Both the position numbers and the translations under genes were made by a program. Of a DNA stretch of 64,000 bases, positions 1 to 13,380 are shown piece by piece. The stretch lies in the NCBI GenBank assembly GCA_964016885.1, contig OZ024747.1, positions 51,212,001-51,276,000 of the forward strand, read 5' to 3'. The notes under the pieces are model-generated. The model was not told where the DNA came from. It saw only the letters and a program-made list of their open reading frames with translations, and made no database searches. The stretch comes from Eledone cirrhosa (Eukaryota). Every line of letters starts with the position of its first letter. Positions within the stretch are counted from its first letter, which is position 1.

Positions 1-40
<40 letters not shown>

Positions 41-42
<2 letters not shown>

Positions 43-233
43 GTGGTGGATTGGCAGTATCGGTGGAGGGTTGGACGCCGCCATGCTTTGCAGCATAGAG
101 TTACAGCCCTTTACAGTCTGAGTTCAAATCCCGCCGAGGTTAACTTTGCCTTTCATCCTTACGGGGTCGATAAAATAAAATACAAGTAATGCACTGGAAT
201 AATTGCTGACCTTGTGCCAAAAGCAGAAGCAAT
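41..233 (+). mobile_element. tRNA-derived SINE, family A (~190 bp)
   Basis: Box A-like TGGCAGTATCGG and box B GAGTTCAAATCC. Central GCCTTTCATCCTTACGGGGTCGATAAAAT domain and AT-rich tail. At least 8 near-identical copies in the window. Confidence 0.9.
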
Positions 234-275
234 TATATATATATATATATAAGCCAGAGAGAGAGAGGGGTGGAG

Positions 276-313
<38 letters not shown>

Positions 314-522
314 TCACATGCACACTGACACATATACACGCCATCATTTATATAGATCCACCCGTCTAGCCACCAGTGAAAGAACTCGCCATGACGATGC
401 TACTACCTCTTCTAACAAAGGATTGTAACCTAATTATACATGAAGAGAGGATGGTAGGTGGCTAGCGACAACGAAGAAAGCTCCAGAAAACATCTAAGTA
501 AGCCTGTCTGGAAAAACATACA

Positions 523-580
<58 letters not shown>

Positions 581-626
581 TATAGATATATATATATATA
601 TATATTTATACATATATACGTGTGTG

Positions 627-670
<44 letters not shown>

Positions 671-977
671 TACGTGTGTGTATGTATATATATATATATA
701 TATATATATACGTATATACGTGTGTGTATGTGTGTGGAACGGTTGACGGGAGGAGATAAAGAGAGCAAGTTGGATGGAATTGAATAAGAAACGGAAAATA
801 AGAACTCTGGAAAAAAATACAAGATGAAAATAAAACAATAAAAAGGGAAATAACTCACCCTCGGGGTAAAAAATAGACTAAAATGATCTCTCGACGACAG
901 AGACTGTTCTTGATAGTTTTTTTTTTTAATTATTATTTCTACTTGATCTTCTCATTATTTCGTTCTCTAGGCATGTG

Positions 978-1016
<39 letters not shown>

Positions 1017-1121
1017 AAGAAAATTTGAACGTGCTTATTTATACACTGATGTAAATATGCAAGAATATAACCTCCATGTACGTTAATATATACATACATA
1101 AATACATACCACCGCCCGCCC

Positions 1122-1210
<89 letters not shown>

Positions 1211-1213
<3 letters not shown>

Positions 1214-1818
1214 AGTCCATAGAATCATTAGATAAAATATATACAGTATTTCTTCTCCTAATCAGCATAAATTAATCACACAAAAAAATCATTTAAACGG
1301 AGCTATAGGTTTAAAATATACCTATGAAGAAATAGTAGATAAATGATACAGCACTTTATCCCCGATTCACAGCTATAGAAAATGTACCCTTTATTTCTGA
1401 TAACCTGTAGAAATTGACTAGACATATAGTTAACCATACATAATTAGTTGCAAAATCAATGTTAGAAGAAAAATCACATAAACATACCAAACTCATCAAT
1501 ACATCTCTACTACCGGCAATTTCGTTCCGTTTTTGGATATATCCGATCTTGGATAAATCAACGAGGTTGGAAATCATCAGGAGATAAACAAAACTGGACA
1601 ACGATTTTTCTTACATGATCCCCGCCAGAAACGAATTCAAAATGGCTAAGAATCGACACGTGGCTAGTGGTCAAGGCAGACAGTTTGTGATTGGTGCCTG
1701 TCGGCGAGTAGGCTGGTTGCTAGAAAGCGCAGCCGAATACTGCCTAAATTTTTACTCAACACTACGGGAGTATATAAAATTTAAAGGGTATATACATATA
1801 AATTAGACAAGGCCATAG

Positions 1819-1855
<37 letters not shown>

Positions 1856-2149
1856 GCTGTGAATCGCGGATAAAGAGCTGTATCATTTATCTACTGTTTC
1901 TTCATAGGTATATTTTAAACCTATAGCCTCGTTTAAATGATTTTTTGTGTGGTTAATTTATGCTGATTAGGAGAAGAATAACTGTATATATTTTATCTAA
2001 TGATTCTATGGACTTACTTTATATATTGCTCTGATTATTAATTATTTAATTAATTCGTCATTGAGCCACACTGTGATTTGTTGCCAAAAACATATATATA
2101 TATATATATTTCTATGGCCTTGTTGTCTAATTTATATGTATATACCCTT

Positions 2150-2154
<5 letters not shown>
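1211..2154. mobile_element. Non-autonomous PLE/retrozyme-like element F1 with nested inverted repeats in (TA)n
   Basis: 1211-1375 is the reverse complement of 1854-2017. 1779-1824 is the reverse complement of 2106-2154. Bounded by (TA)n and contains an HHR. Confidence 0.7.
1503..1585 (-). ncRNA. Type I hammerhead ribozyme with long stem II insertion
   Basis: Minus strand: AUCUC-CUGAUGA-U-UUCC...GGAA-C-GAAA-UUG-CCGG-UAG-UA-GAGAU. Stem I AUCUC/GAGAU, palindromic CCGG loop III, GUA cleavage triplet. Confidence 0.65.
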
Positions 2155-2202
<48 letters not shown>

Positions 2203-3258
2203 GTGTGCGTTTGTGTGAATACATATTTATAGGTATATACTTTGTCGGGCTGATATTAATGGTCGTGGGCACTAACACAGCATGGTTCACCATAAAATTG
2301 TACATTGACTCATAAGCAATCAGCTCCTGCCATTTCAGTATCTCGTATTAACAACATTTTTACTAACGAAGAAATTATGACATTAAGATATATCCTGCTT
2401 CCGCAGTATTTAAAATCTATACGAAAAGGGGAGTAACTATATGCTGCAAAGCTTTTTGTCGGACGCTCAACCGATTCAAACAATCCTCCACCGAATAAAA
2501 ATTGCGTCCGATATCATGTTTTGCGGCATATACTTATGTTCATTTCGGTTCTGAGTTCAAATCCCGCTGAGGCTAGCCTTGCATCATCCTTAGGAAGTGC
2601 CAGTATCGCACTGGGGTAGATTTATACATGTATTTATTGCTAGACGCTGTTGCATGAACAACATGAAATTCTAATTCAACGCAATCCTCAAATCCCAATA
2701 AATACACTTCGTTTAACTAAACTCAAGCTGACTTATTGAGAGAACTAAATACACTGGAAAACATACCAACAATAACCAGATATATATCAATTACTGATAC
2801 AGAGGCACCAGGCGGCATCAGGTTATCGCAGTTATATTATATCATTTCTATCTATATGGTTTCTATATATATCTGTAGCGACCAATACTCCATATCGAGC
2901 CTCCATAGAATTAAACCACACACCAATTAATAAACACGAAACATTTACCATCAGCGACAAAGAACAGAAAACAAACTATATTGTGCTCATTCCACCTTTT
3001 ATATAAAAAGCATCACTAAACAAACACAAACAATCTGACCGAAATAAACCGTATAAAATAGAAAATGAGAACCGACTAAATGGAAAAGCTTATAATTATC
3101 TATCAACGAGATCCAAACCCTTCCGGAAATCAACCTCACCCTTAAGTAACAGAAAGACCCGTAATTGAAATATAACCAGCACCTAACCAAACCATGAAAC
3201 AAACACCCTATCGTAACCATTAACTTAACAATTAGAAAGATCAGGACCGAAATTGGAT

Positions 3259-3345
<87 letters not shown>

Positions 3346-3434
3346 GAGGGAGAGGACAGAAATATAGATTGATAGGCAAAGAGGACACGTGTTAATAGAA
3401 TCATCAGAGTCACAACCACCTTTCTCTTCCTGAC

Positions 3435-3476
<42 letters not shown>

Positions 3477-3688
3477 CTGTGTGTATGTGTGTGTATGTGT
3501 GTGTGTGTGTGTCTCTGTGTGTGTTGTGTGTGTGTTGAGTGTTAGTGGTACGAGGATCGGGAAGACCAAAATTCAGAGTGGTATTCGATGCATGATGGAG
3601 AGCAGTGTGATATTTTTAATGAAGCACAGATTCGATTGCGAGCTCGAGCGGTTTCATTAAGCTACTTTGGTTCAAATCTTTGCCTCAG

Positions 3689-3733
<45 letters not shown>

Positions 3734-4180
3734 TGTGTGTGTATGTGTGTGTGTGTGTGTATTCTTGTGTGTGTTTTCGCACGATACATGAGAGTTTAGC
3801 GAAATAACTCAAGTACACCAACGCCACGATTTTCAATAATTGAAGGTGATGATGCACGGATTGTCCTACTGAAAAATAATCCTAATGAATTGAAATTTAG
3901 CTGTTAGTTAGATAAGACAAGAAGAAAAAATCTTTAGCGGCAATTTTTAACGTTAGCGACTCTCAAAGATAAGGGATACAGTTATCCAGAAAGCAAGAAT
4001 TAATTTCACAGAAAATTTTTTGTGCTTACGGGTAATAAGTAATAGATATAAACAGACTTATGCAGGCACACGCACACACACACATATTCACACACACACA
4101 CACACTTATATATGCATATATATATATACATACATATATATACATATATATATATACATGTAAATCTATATATAATATAA

Positions 4181-4231
<51 letters not shown>

Positions 4232-4272
4232 CTCAGACAGCACACATATGACATATATGTATATATGCACGT

Positions 4273-4309
<37 letters not shown>

Positions 4310-4328
4310 ACATACACACGCATAAATG

Positions 4329-4433
<105 letters not shown>

Positions 4434-4720
4434 TATATACATACGCACACACACACATATACATATATATATATATATATATACATATATGCGTGTGTAT
4501 ATTATATATATATGTGTACGTACATATATACATATATGTCATATGTGCTGTCTGTGATTTTCAAATCTTTGTCAAACTAAGCCTTATGTAAGTTCCTCCT
4601 CTTTTTACCTATGAGTAATTTCTATTAATCTCTTTTCTCTTTATCTCTCTATTCCTTTCTTTACAATGTCTATTCTTTGCTTGCATAATACGTCTGTACA
4701 TGTTACGTAATGGAACCCTG

Positions 4721-4791
<71 letters not shown>

Positions 4792-4869
4792 ATCAATATA
4801 TACATATATATGCGTGTGCTTGCGTATGTATGTATATATGTATATGTGTATAAATATGTGTATATATAC

Positions 4870-4915
<46 letters not shown>

Positions 4916-4938
4916 GTATATATATATATATTATATAT

Positions 4939-4969
<31 letters not shown>

Positions 4970-4984
4970 ATATATATAATATAT

Positions 4985-5094
<110 letters not shown>

Positions 5095-5128
5095 GTACAT
5101 ATGTATATATATGTATATATATATAGAG

Positions 5129-5189
<61 letters not shown>

Positions 5190-5252
5190 ATGCGTGTGCT
5201 TGCATATGTATGTATATATGTATATGTGTATACATATGTGTGTATATACATA

Positions 5253-5351
<99 letters not shown>

Positions 5352-7227
5352 TCACACATATTAGTGTGTACGTATGTGCATGCGTGTCCATCTCATTACT
5401 TGTAAGCGTGCAAGTTTTCAAGTGTTCCTATTCTATCAATGTAAGCAATTAGATATGGCTGCAAGGACGTCTGCGACAGCTGTATAGCCATATTGATAGG
5501 GATTTCTTCAGATCAACCTAAAATGAACCTAGAATAGGGAATATAATCTGATTGTTACGTCAGCCTACGTTTGACACATATTTAGCCACATATATACATA
5601 TATACGTACATAGATACATGCATAATTACATACATACATGCCTAGATGCCTACATGCATACATTCTTACGTACATAGATGCATGCATAGATTCATACATG
5701 CATGCATGCATAAATTCTTACATACATACATATATAAATACATACATGCATGCCTACATATATACATGCTTACATACATAATACATAAATACATATATAC
5801 ATTCATACGTACTTACATACATACATACATACATACATTGATACACACATACATTCATACACCGACACTCATAGCCATTTATACATATTATCATTTTATT
5901 ATTTTAATAGTTTCAGCCATTAGTCTGAGGTCATGTTGGAGCAATGTTTTGAAGTGATTCACTCTATCATATCGATTCCAATACTTCGAGTCCCGTATGT
6001 ATCTTATCGATCTTTTAAAGCACTAAGTTACGTAAACAGACCTGAACGCACGACGCACACACATGTATGCATAAATACATACATACAAATTACATACACA
6101 TATATACAAATATGTATGCACACACACACACAAAAAAATATATATACATATATATACTATGTGGTCTTAAGGAGTTTTCTTCTACAATATTTCACGCAAT
6201 GATATACATAAAGATACTAGCTTAAGTTGCCCAGCAGTTGGATTGAATTTGAAACCACATGGTTACGAAGCAATCTATGTTTCCATGGATATATAACTGT
6301 GTGAATTGTCAACGAAATGAGTGCAATATAACCCGAGAACTTTACTAAATATTTCCAGTACGAGAAGAAAGTTATAAAGTAGACCGCTCGAAATAATTTG
6401 ACTATGAGAATTAAGGTCTAGACACGGGTCTAAGTCAGTTTAGAATATTGCATTCTAATGTAAGCTCAAGGCCAGCAAATATGGTTAGAGGGTAATGTCA
6501 ATTAATTCAACTCCAATACTTGAGTATCACTATATTTTATCGCAGAAGGAAGAAAAGTAAAGTTGGACATGGTGGGTTTCGACTCAGTATATAAAGAACT
6601 TGAACAAATGTTGCAAATGTCCGAAGCTCTAACAGTTTTGCTTAAAACAGATTATAATAATCATGGGAATTCTTCGTCTTGAGAAAAGAGGGTAGAACGG
6701 CCGAAAATGTTGGGATTATAACTAAGTGATGATACTAATCTAAATGAATCAGTTTTATATAGTCACATATGTTTTGTTTGATAACTGTATTTGAAATAAT
6801 TCATTTCTTTCCTGCCTTCTGTATACTTTTACATCTTCTATACATCTTCTGAATATATTAGCCCAAAGTGTCACATATCGTGATAAAACCCTAAACCACG
6901 TATTTGGGACGAGGACACCTTCAGCATGCAACTATGTCTGAACTATTTGCAATATTTAACAGTTGGCCTTTATGATCTGTATGTAAATGCCAGTGAGTTT
7001 CACTTAGACTTTCACCTACCGGGATCAATGTAATAAATACCCGTTAGATCGGAGGTCCTCAAACTTTTTGGGCCAGCGACGCCTCGCGGCCACGTCATAC
7101 CTTCAGCGCCCCGAACCCGATTTCCAGAGAGATCTGCCTACATGCAAATTGTAAATAATATATAATATATACTATACATAAATAAATATTATATATTTTT
7201 TATTTTACTATATATATATATATATAT

Positions 7228-7807
7228 AAAACATGGGAAGAAAGAGTAATACTGCGTGGTTGCACATGGGTTACATATTATAAAATTAGTCCCTCATCAG
7301 TGATTTGCCAACCATCATTGGTATTTCATCGCATTAAAAATCATATACCTCAGGTTGGTGCGAGCAATAACTAAAATAAGGTATTGGGACAAGTGAATCG
7401 CGTAAAGCGAGTGAGACAAGTAAACAACAAAGAAGGATATAAGCAAACCGAAGATAGGAAAAAAAACAAGCAACATGGTTATCCGGTCAGCATAAGCTGG
7501 GTGAATTTCATGAGCGGTCACTATACAGACCGTCCGACGTGAGTGAGATGTGAGCAAGAAAGAACCCCACTACTAACGAAACGGGAGGAAGTGAGAAGGG
7601 GAGAAACAGAGAGTGAGTGAGTGGAAGTGCGAGGAAGAGGTCAGTCGAGAGAAAGTGTAACTGACAGAGAGGGCGAAAGAAGGTGAGAGAAACAGAGAGA
7701 ACGGGGGAGCAGTAAGAGAGAAAGAGAGAAACAGACAAACGCAGCCGAGGTAAATATGTATAAAAAACATGGGAAGAAAGAGTAATACTGCGTGGTTGCA
7801 CATGGGT

Positions 7808-7814
<7 letters not shown>
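7228..7814. mobile_element. 536-bp element with 51-bp terminal direct repeat inserted in (TA)n
   Basis: AAAACATGGGAAGAAAGAGTAATACTGCGTGGTTGCACATGGGTTACATAT is identical at 7228-7278 and 7764-7814, with (TA)n on both sides. No complete HHR found. Confidence 0.6.
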
Positions 7815-7860
<46 letters not shown>

Positions 7861-8080
7861 CATTTGGTATTTAAGATACTGTTATATCTTCTCTACAGCC
7901 ACTCCAGCGACCCCTTAGGCCCCAGTCCGCCCTGGACCTTGTGAAGCCCCCCTCTACCCTCTTTCAGAACCTCGAAGATGGCACCGTTTGAATAAAGTAT
8001 ATAAGTAACTTGGTACTAATAGAAGAAAACTGAGTAACAGTACTACTACTTCTGTTATTGAGGCTGCTGCTGGTATTATT

Positions 8081-8560
8081 GTGGCTCTCGTTGTTGTTGT
8101 TACTGTGGTTGTTGTTGTTGTTGTTGTTGTTGTTGTGGTTGTCGTTACTGTGGTGGTGGTTGTTGTTGTGATTGTTGTCGTTACTGTGGTTGCTGTTGTT
8201 GTTGTTGTTCCTGTGGTTGTTGTTTTTGTTGTTGTGGTTGTCGTTACTGTGGTAGTGGTAGTGGTTGTTGATGGTGGTGGTGATGGTGGTGGTGGTGGTG
8301 GTGGTGGTGGTTAGGTGGTGATGATGGTGGTGTTGGTGGTGGTGGTGGTGGTGGTTGTGGTGATGGTGGTGGTGATGGTGGTGTTGGTGGTGGTGGTGGT
8401 GATGGTGGTGGTGGTGGTAGTAGTAGTGGTAGTGGTAGTAGTGGTAGTGGTGGTGGTGGTAGTGGCAGTAGTGGTAGTAGTGGTAGTAGTGGTAGTGGTG
8501 GTGGTGGTGGTGGTGGTACTGGTAGTTGTGGCTGTGGTCATGCTGCTGGTTGTATTGCTG
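8081..8560. repeat. Compound (GTT)/(GGT)/(AGT) trinucleotide microsatellite
   Basis: Direct inspection; source of the poly-V and poly-T ORFs. Confidence 0.9.
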
Positions 8561-8659
8561 CTATTGTCCGTCTTGTCACTGTTTACTCATATGTTATTAA
8601 TTCTGTCTGAAGAGGATCCAATGAACCTCCACAAGCATAGAAATAGGTACATACATATA

Positions 8660-8787
8660 TATATATATAGAAACATACACACATATATATATATATACAC
8701 AAACTCACACACAAATATATATATGTATATATATTTGTGCGAATATCTTTGATATATATATATATGTTTGTGTGTGTGTGTGTGTGA

Positions 8788-8841
<54 letters not shown>

Positions 8842-8845
8842 ACAT

Positions 8846-8888
<43 letters not shown>

Positions 8889-8973
8889 CACACACTAATA
8901 TATATATGTATATATATTTGTGTCGAATATCTTTGATATATATATATATATGTTTGTGTGTGTGTGTGTGTGA

Positions 8974-9011
<38 letters not shown>

Positions 9012-9131
9012 ACATACACACACATATATATATATATATATATACACAGACACACACTAATATATATATGTATATATATTTGTGTCGAATATCTTTGATA
9101 TATATATATATATATGTTTGTGTGTGTGTGA

Positions 9132-9166
<35 letters not shown>

Positions 9167-9170
9167 AAAC
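8660..9170. repeat. Higher-order tandem of a (TA)/(CA)/(TG) mosaic (~160-170 bp unit, ~3 copies)
   Basis: Unique anchors GAAACATACAC and GAATATCTTTGA recur three times. Confidence 0.75.
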
Positions 9171-9188
9171 ATAAACATATATATATAC

Positions 9189-9221
<33 letters not shown>

Positions 9222-9222
<1 letters not shown>

Positions 9223-9308
9223 TTCCTATTACCCACTCTGCTTCCCTAAATATTGAGTACTTTGGTGCGTTATGGTCCACCTGGTTCCTTACCACATTTC
9301 CTTCGTTA
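9222..9308 (+). mobile_element. 3' tail fragment of PLE-associated family F9
   Basis: Similar to 32648-32733 and to the reverse complement of 34935-35012; flanked by (TA)n. Confidence 0.65.
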
Positions 9309-9544
9309 TATATATATATATATAGTAATAATAATAAATTTGAAGACTAAAATCCAAAGAGGGCTCGATAAGGATAAATATATATCAAATATATAAGAAC
9401 CGTACAGCAAATATTTATTATTACGTATGTATATATATATATTATTACATATGTATATATATATATAGGAACGATCGACTTTCGTCAAATCGGACCGAGG
9501 GAACAATGTTTCCGTTGGTCTTTCCAATTGCTAATACTTCCTAT

Positions 9545-9686
9545 CGGTCGCAACTCCAGGTAGAAGAAGCAACGTGAAATAAAGTGTCTTGCTCAAGGAC
9601 ATAACGCATCACCTGGTCCAGGAATCGAACTCACAACCTTATGATTGCGAATCGAATTCTCTAACCACTCAGCCACACGCCTTCAC
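9545..9686 (-). mobile_element. tRNA-derived SINE with CORE-like domain
   Basis: Minus strand: GTGGCTGAGTGG (box A), GAGTTCGATTCC (box B), then TGTCCTTGAGCAAGACACTTT. Confidence 0.7.
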
Positions 9687-9858
9687 ATATATATATATAT
9701 ATATATCAGACTGTGCATTAAACTGAATGAAATATGTGTAAAATGTCAACTTTACTGATGTAACACTGTGTAAAGCATTACCGAAGATTATGTTACATTG
9801 TAGTTCTTTGTAGAGATACGGCACACAAACAACTATATTACACACACACACACGCGCG

Positions 9859-9906
<48 letters not shown>

Positions 9907-10480
9907 TATATATACATATATATATATATACATACGTACATACATACATACATTTACAGATGCATACAAACATACATACATATATACATATATATATACT
10001 TCTCAAAATTATTCTTCATTTCACTCATTTTTGATTTACAGTCATTATTTCATTTTCCTAAATTTTTTCTCTCTCACTTATCGCATATTTATTTATGTTT
10101 CGCCTTTGTCTTCCTCCAGCCATTTTCTTGAATAAGTTACGATGTTTTTTTCTTTATGGAAAGTTGGGGTTGCCGTCGATAATTCTGATGGTTCTGTTGG
10201 GTTTTTCAGTATTACTCTCATATTGAAATCGTCATAAATGTATATCCAGACATGCTTATTAACAACGTTATATGCATTCTTGCTATTTTCTTGTCTCTCT
10301 TCATTGTTAAAGCAGATGTTTATTGCCTAATTGTAGTTCTTAATATCAAAATTTTCTTCTTCTTCTCTATATATTTCTCAGTAATCCACTGATTTAATGT
10401 AAAGCTTTATATTCTTCGTTGGAGACAGTTAAATGTCTGTATTGTCGGATATACCTCACACTTCCCCCTCTCTCTCTCTT

Positions 10481-10557
<77 letters not shown>

Positions 10558-11140
10558 TCCTGTCCCTTTTTCTTTCTCTCTCTCACTCTTCCTGTCGCCC
10601 CTCTGTCTCTCCAATTCTCCCTCTACCCCTTCTCTCTCACAATCACCCTTCAGCCCCTCTCTCGTATTATTTATACTTTATGTTTCTATATATTTTATTC
10701 ATTATTTGACAGAGAAATAAACTGTTTTACCTGACTAGCTCCGATCTACAATTGACATTTTTGAGAAGTCATTAGCCATGAATATAGAGGATGGGTGGTT
10801 CATCCAACGACTCACTCTGCAACAATAGGATATTGTCAATGACGTAAGTTTTAAATTACGGCCATTTTTGTTGTTGTAATTGTGTTCATGATGCAAAAGG
10901 GGTGGTTTAACCGTTTACATCCAAACTGTATCCGTCTCACCAAACACACAAGCTACATCTCGTAGTGACGAAACAATGAAGACACTACGTGGTCACTTAA
11001 CCTGTTAAAAATAACAACAAAATTTAATTTATCTGAAGCCCTAACATCTTATTAAAGGAAAGACATATTGTGCAATTTAATTCCGGTTTTACTACGTCTA
11101 GTTATAGAAAACGATGTCCTTAGTTGACATGGTTAAACAA

Positions 11141-11244
11141 TCTTCTTCTTCTTCTTCTTCTTCTTCTTCTTCTTCTTCTTCTTCTTCTTCTTCTTCTTCT
11201 TCTTCTTCTTCTTCTTCTTCTTCTTCTTCTTCTTCTTCTTCTTC
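11141..11244. repeat. (TTC)n microsatellite
   Basis: Pure trinucleotide run. Confidence 0.95.
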
Positions 11245-11403
11245 CACACATATATATTGACAATTGGCACCGGGAATACCATAAATCAAAGAGGTGTTCG
11301 ATATTTCGTATGAGGCAGAGAGGGGATCAACTACGAGCTCAGTGGTTTCGGCTTGTCACCTCTTCTGGCCTTCGTCAGGAAAACATCTACGATTTTCTAA
11401 TGA

Positions 11404-12147
11404 GTAGGTAACTAAATAAAGTTTAACTAGAACTTCAAAAATAGATACCTTATAATTTGAAGTTCTAGTTAAACTTTATTTAGTTACCTACCTAGCTATG
11501 TGTGCTTACACACTTTTACAAATTATCCCCTGTGATTGTTTCATATGTTTAATTATATGTCAATCAATTTCTAGTTGATATAGAATGCGCGGATCTACTC
11601 ATTAGAATTTTGGAGCATATTTTACGGGTGATATGGTGCATGTCTAGCTGACATGACACCCTTAATTTAATTTGATTTAATTTAATTTAATTCAATTTAT
11701 CTTAATTTTTGATATATATAAATACGGCCCCTTAATTGTAGAGCTAACTCATTTGAAAGGACTTGACTGCTGATTCTAGTTGTCGATAACCCTATTCACG
11801 CCACTGGGACGAAGCTGGTATGATGTGTGTATTTTAGTGGATACAACACGTGTTACTGGCCAGTCGCTGATTTGAATTTGATGCGTAAACACAGATCGCT
11901 GGACCTCTTCCTTGTTGAAAATCCAGGACCTGGCTACTGTTATTTACCATTCGATTAATTGGTGAAATATATTTCTTTAATGGAAGATATACGAGGAAGA
12001 TTAATCAAATTATAATGTATCTATTTTTGAAGTTCTAGCTAAACTTTATTTAGTTACCTACCTAGCTATGTGCGGTTACACACTTTTACACATTATCCCC
12101 TGTGATTGTTTCATATGTTTAATTATATGTCAATCAATTTCTAGTTG

Positions 12148-12152
<5 letters not shown>
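11404..12152. mobile_element. 570-bp-unit element with 127-bp direct terminal repeat plus 5' inverted segment (PLE-type architecture)
   Basis: 11456-11582 is repeated at 12026-12152. 11404-11460 is the reverse complement of 12005-12061, which gives a 36-bp hairpin at 11404-11491. Ends in (TA)n. Confidence 0.7.
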
Positions 12153-12179
<27 letters not shown>

Positions 12180-12370
12180 TACATATATTATTTAATAATG
12201 ATAACAAAGGCAATTTATTTTACATTTTCTATTCATCGTTTTACGAATGTTTCGGAATGTTGATCATATCGATATATTGAGCGATCTATAGCAGAGATGT
12301 ATACTATCAGACATAATATATGGGTTCAATCATACTTTTTTCTTCAGAAACAATATATGTATATATATAT

Positions 12371-12414
<44 letters not shown>

Positions 12415-12462
12415 GACGTAAAACAAGAAAATTATAAAAATTAACTTACTTACTAAAATTTC

Positions 12463-12545
12463 ACTCCAACTAATTAGTTTCTGAAAGGGAATAAACATGG
12501 TTTCCAAATGGAAAGCATGGAGAAGCCATTTCGTCATCAGGAAGT
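12463..12545 (-). ncRNA. Type I hammerhead ribozyme (F2 copy 1)
   Basis: Minus: ACUUC-CUGAUGA-C-GAAAUGG...CAUG-C-UUUCC-AUUU-GGAAA-C-CAUG...CCCUUUC-A-GAAA-CUAAUUAG-UU-GGAGU. Stem I ACUUC/GGAGU; palindromic CUAAUUAG stem III. Confidence 0.6.
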
Positions 12546-12990
12546 CGTTCTCAGCTAAGATCCCAGGCGATGCGTGGACACAGGGAACTTATACAAAAAT
12601 AATTCAGTGGATGGAGAAAACCAAGCGTGGACTAAATTCCAAAACATTGAAAAAATCACTGCCTACTTGGTCGGTGGCAAATTCAAAAGAATCAATCACG
12701 TGACATCGAGGTTAATCAGTGAGGAGTGGGTGTTAAAAAGACAGTAGCCAAGCTATTACTATGAACTATAGTAGCAGTTTTGGCAAATTTTTGCTCAACA
12801 AAATAATTTGGAGATAATTATAAGGAATTAGTATATCTACCAACATATATATACAGATGCATATGTATGCTAGCAAATATATAGGTTTTATCTTAGTAAC
12901 TTTGTGGTTCAATGCAAGGGGATGCAGAACAATTATATGAAAGACGTAAAATAAGAAAATTATAAAAATTAACTTACTTACTAAAATTTC

Positions 12991-13073
12991 ACTCCAACTA
13001 ATTAGTTTCTGAAAGGGAATAAACATGGTTTCCAAATGGAAAGCATGGAGAAGCCATTTCGTCATCAGGAAGT
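12991..13073 (-). ncRNA. Type I hammerhead ribozyme (F2 copy 2)
   Basis: Identical to 12463-12545. Confidence 0.6.
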
Positions 13074-13313
13074 CGTTCTCAGCTAAGATCCCAGGCGATG
13101 CGTGGACACAGGGAACTTATACAAAATAATTCAGTGCATGGAAAAAAGCAAGCGTGGACTAAATTCCAAGACATTGAAAAAATCACTGCCTACGTCTTTC
13201 ATATAATTGTTCTGCATCCTCTTGCATTGAACCACAAAGTTACTAAGACAAAACCTATATATTTGCTAGCATAGATATGCATCTGTATATATATGTTGGT
13301 AGATATACTAATT

Positions 13314-13377
<64 letters not shown>

Positions 13378-13380
<3 letters not shown>

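Larger units (their letters stand above)
12408..13318 (-). mobile_element. Retrozyme-like element F2: 528-bp unit, ~1.5 tandem copies plus inverted segment
   Basis: 12408-12665 is repeated at 12936-13193. 13191-13320 is the reverse complement of 12819-12948. (TA)n on both sides; two HHRs 528 bp apart. Confidence 0.8.

Noticed and set aside
7049-7976. Possible hAT/Charlie MITE ends (GGAGGTCCTCAAACTTTT ... TTTCAGAACCTCG)
   Set aside because: The terminal inverted repeats are too degenerate and no TSD was found.
11330-11395. Minus-strand CUGACGA..GGC/GCC..GAAA hammerhead-like core
   Set aside because: Stems I and III do not pair convincingly.
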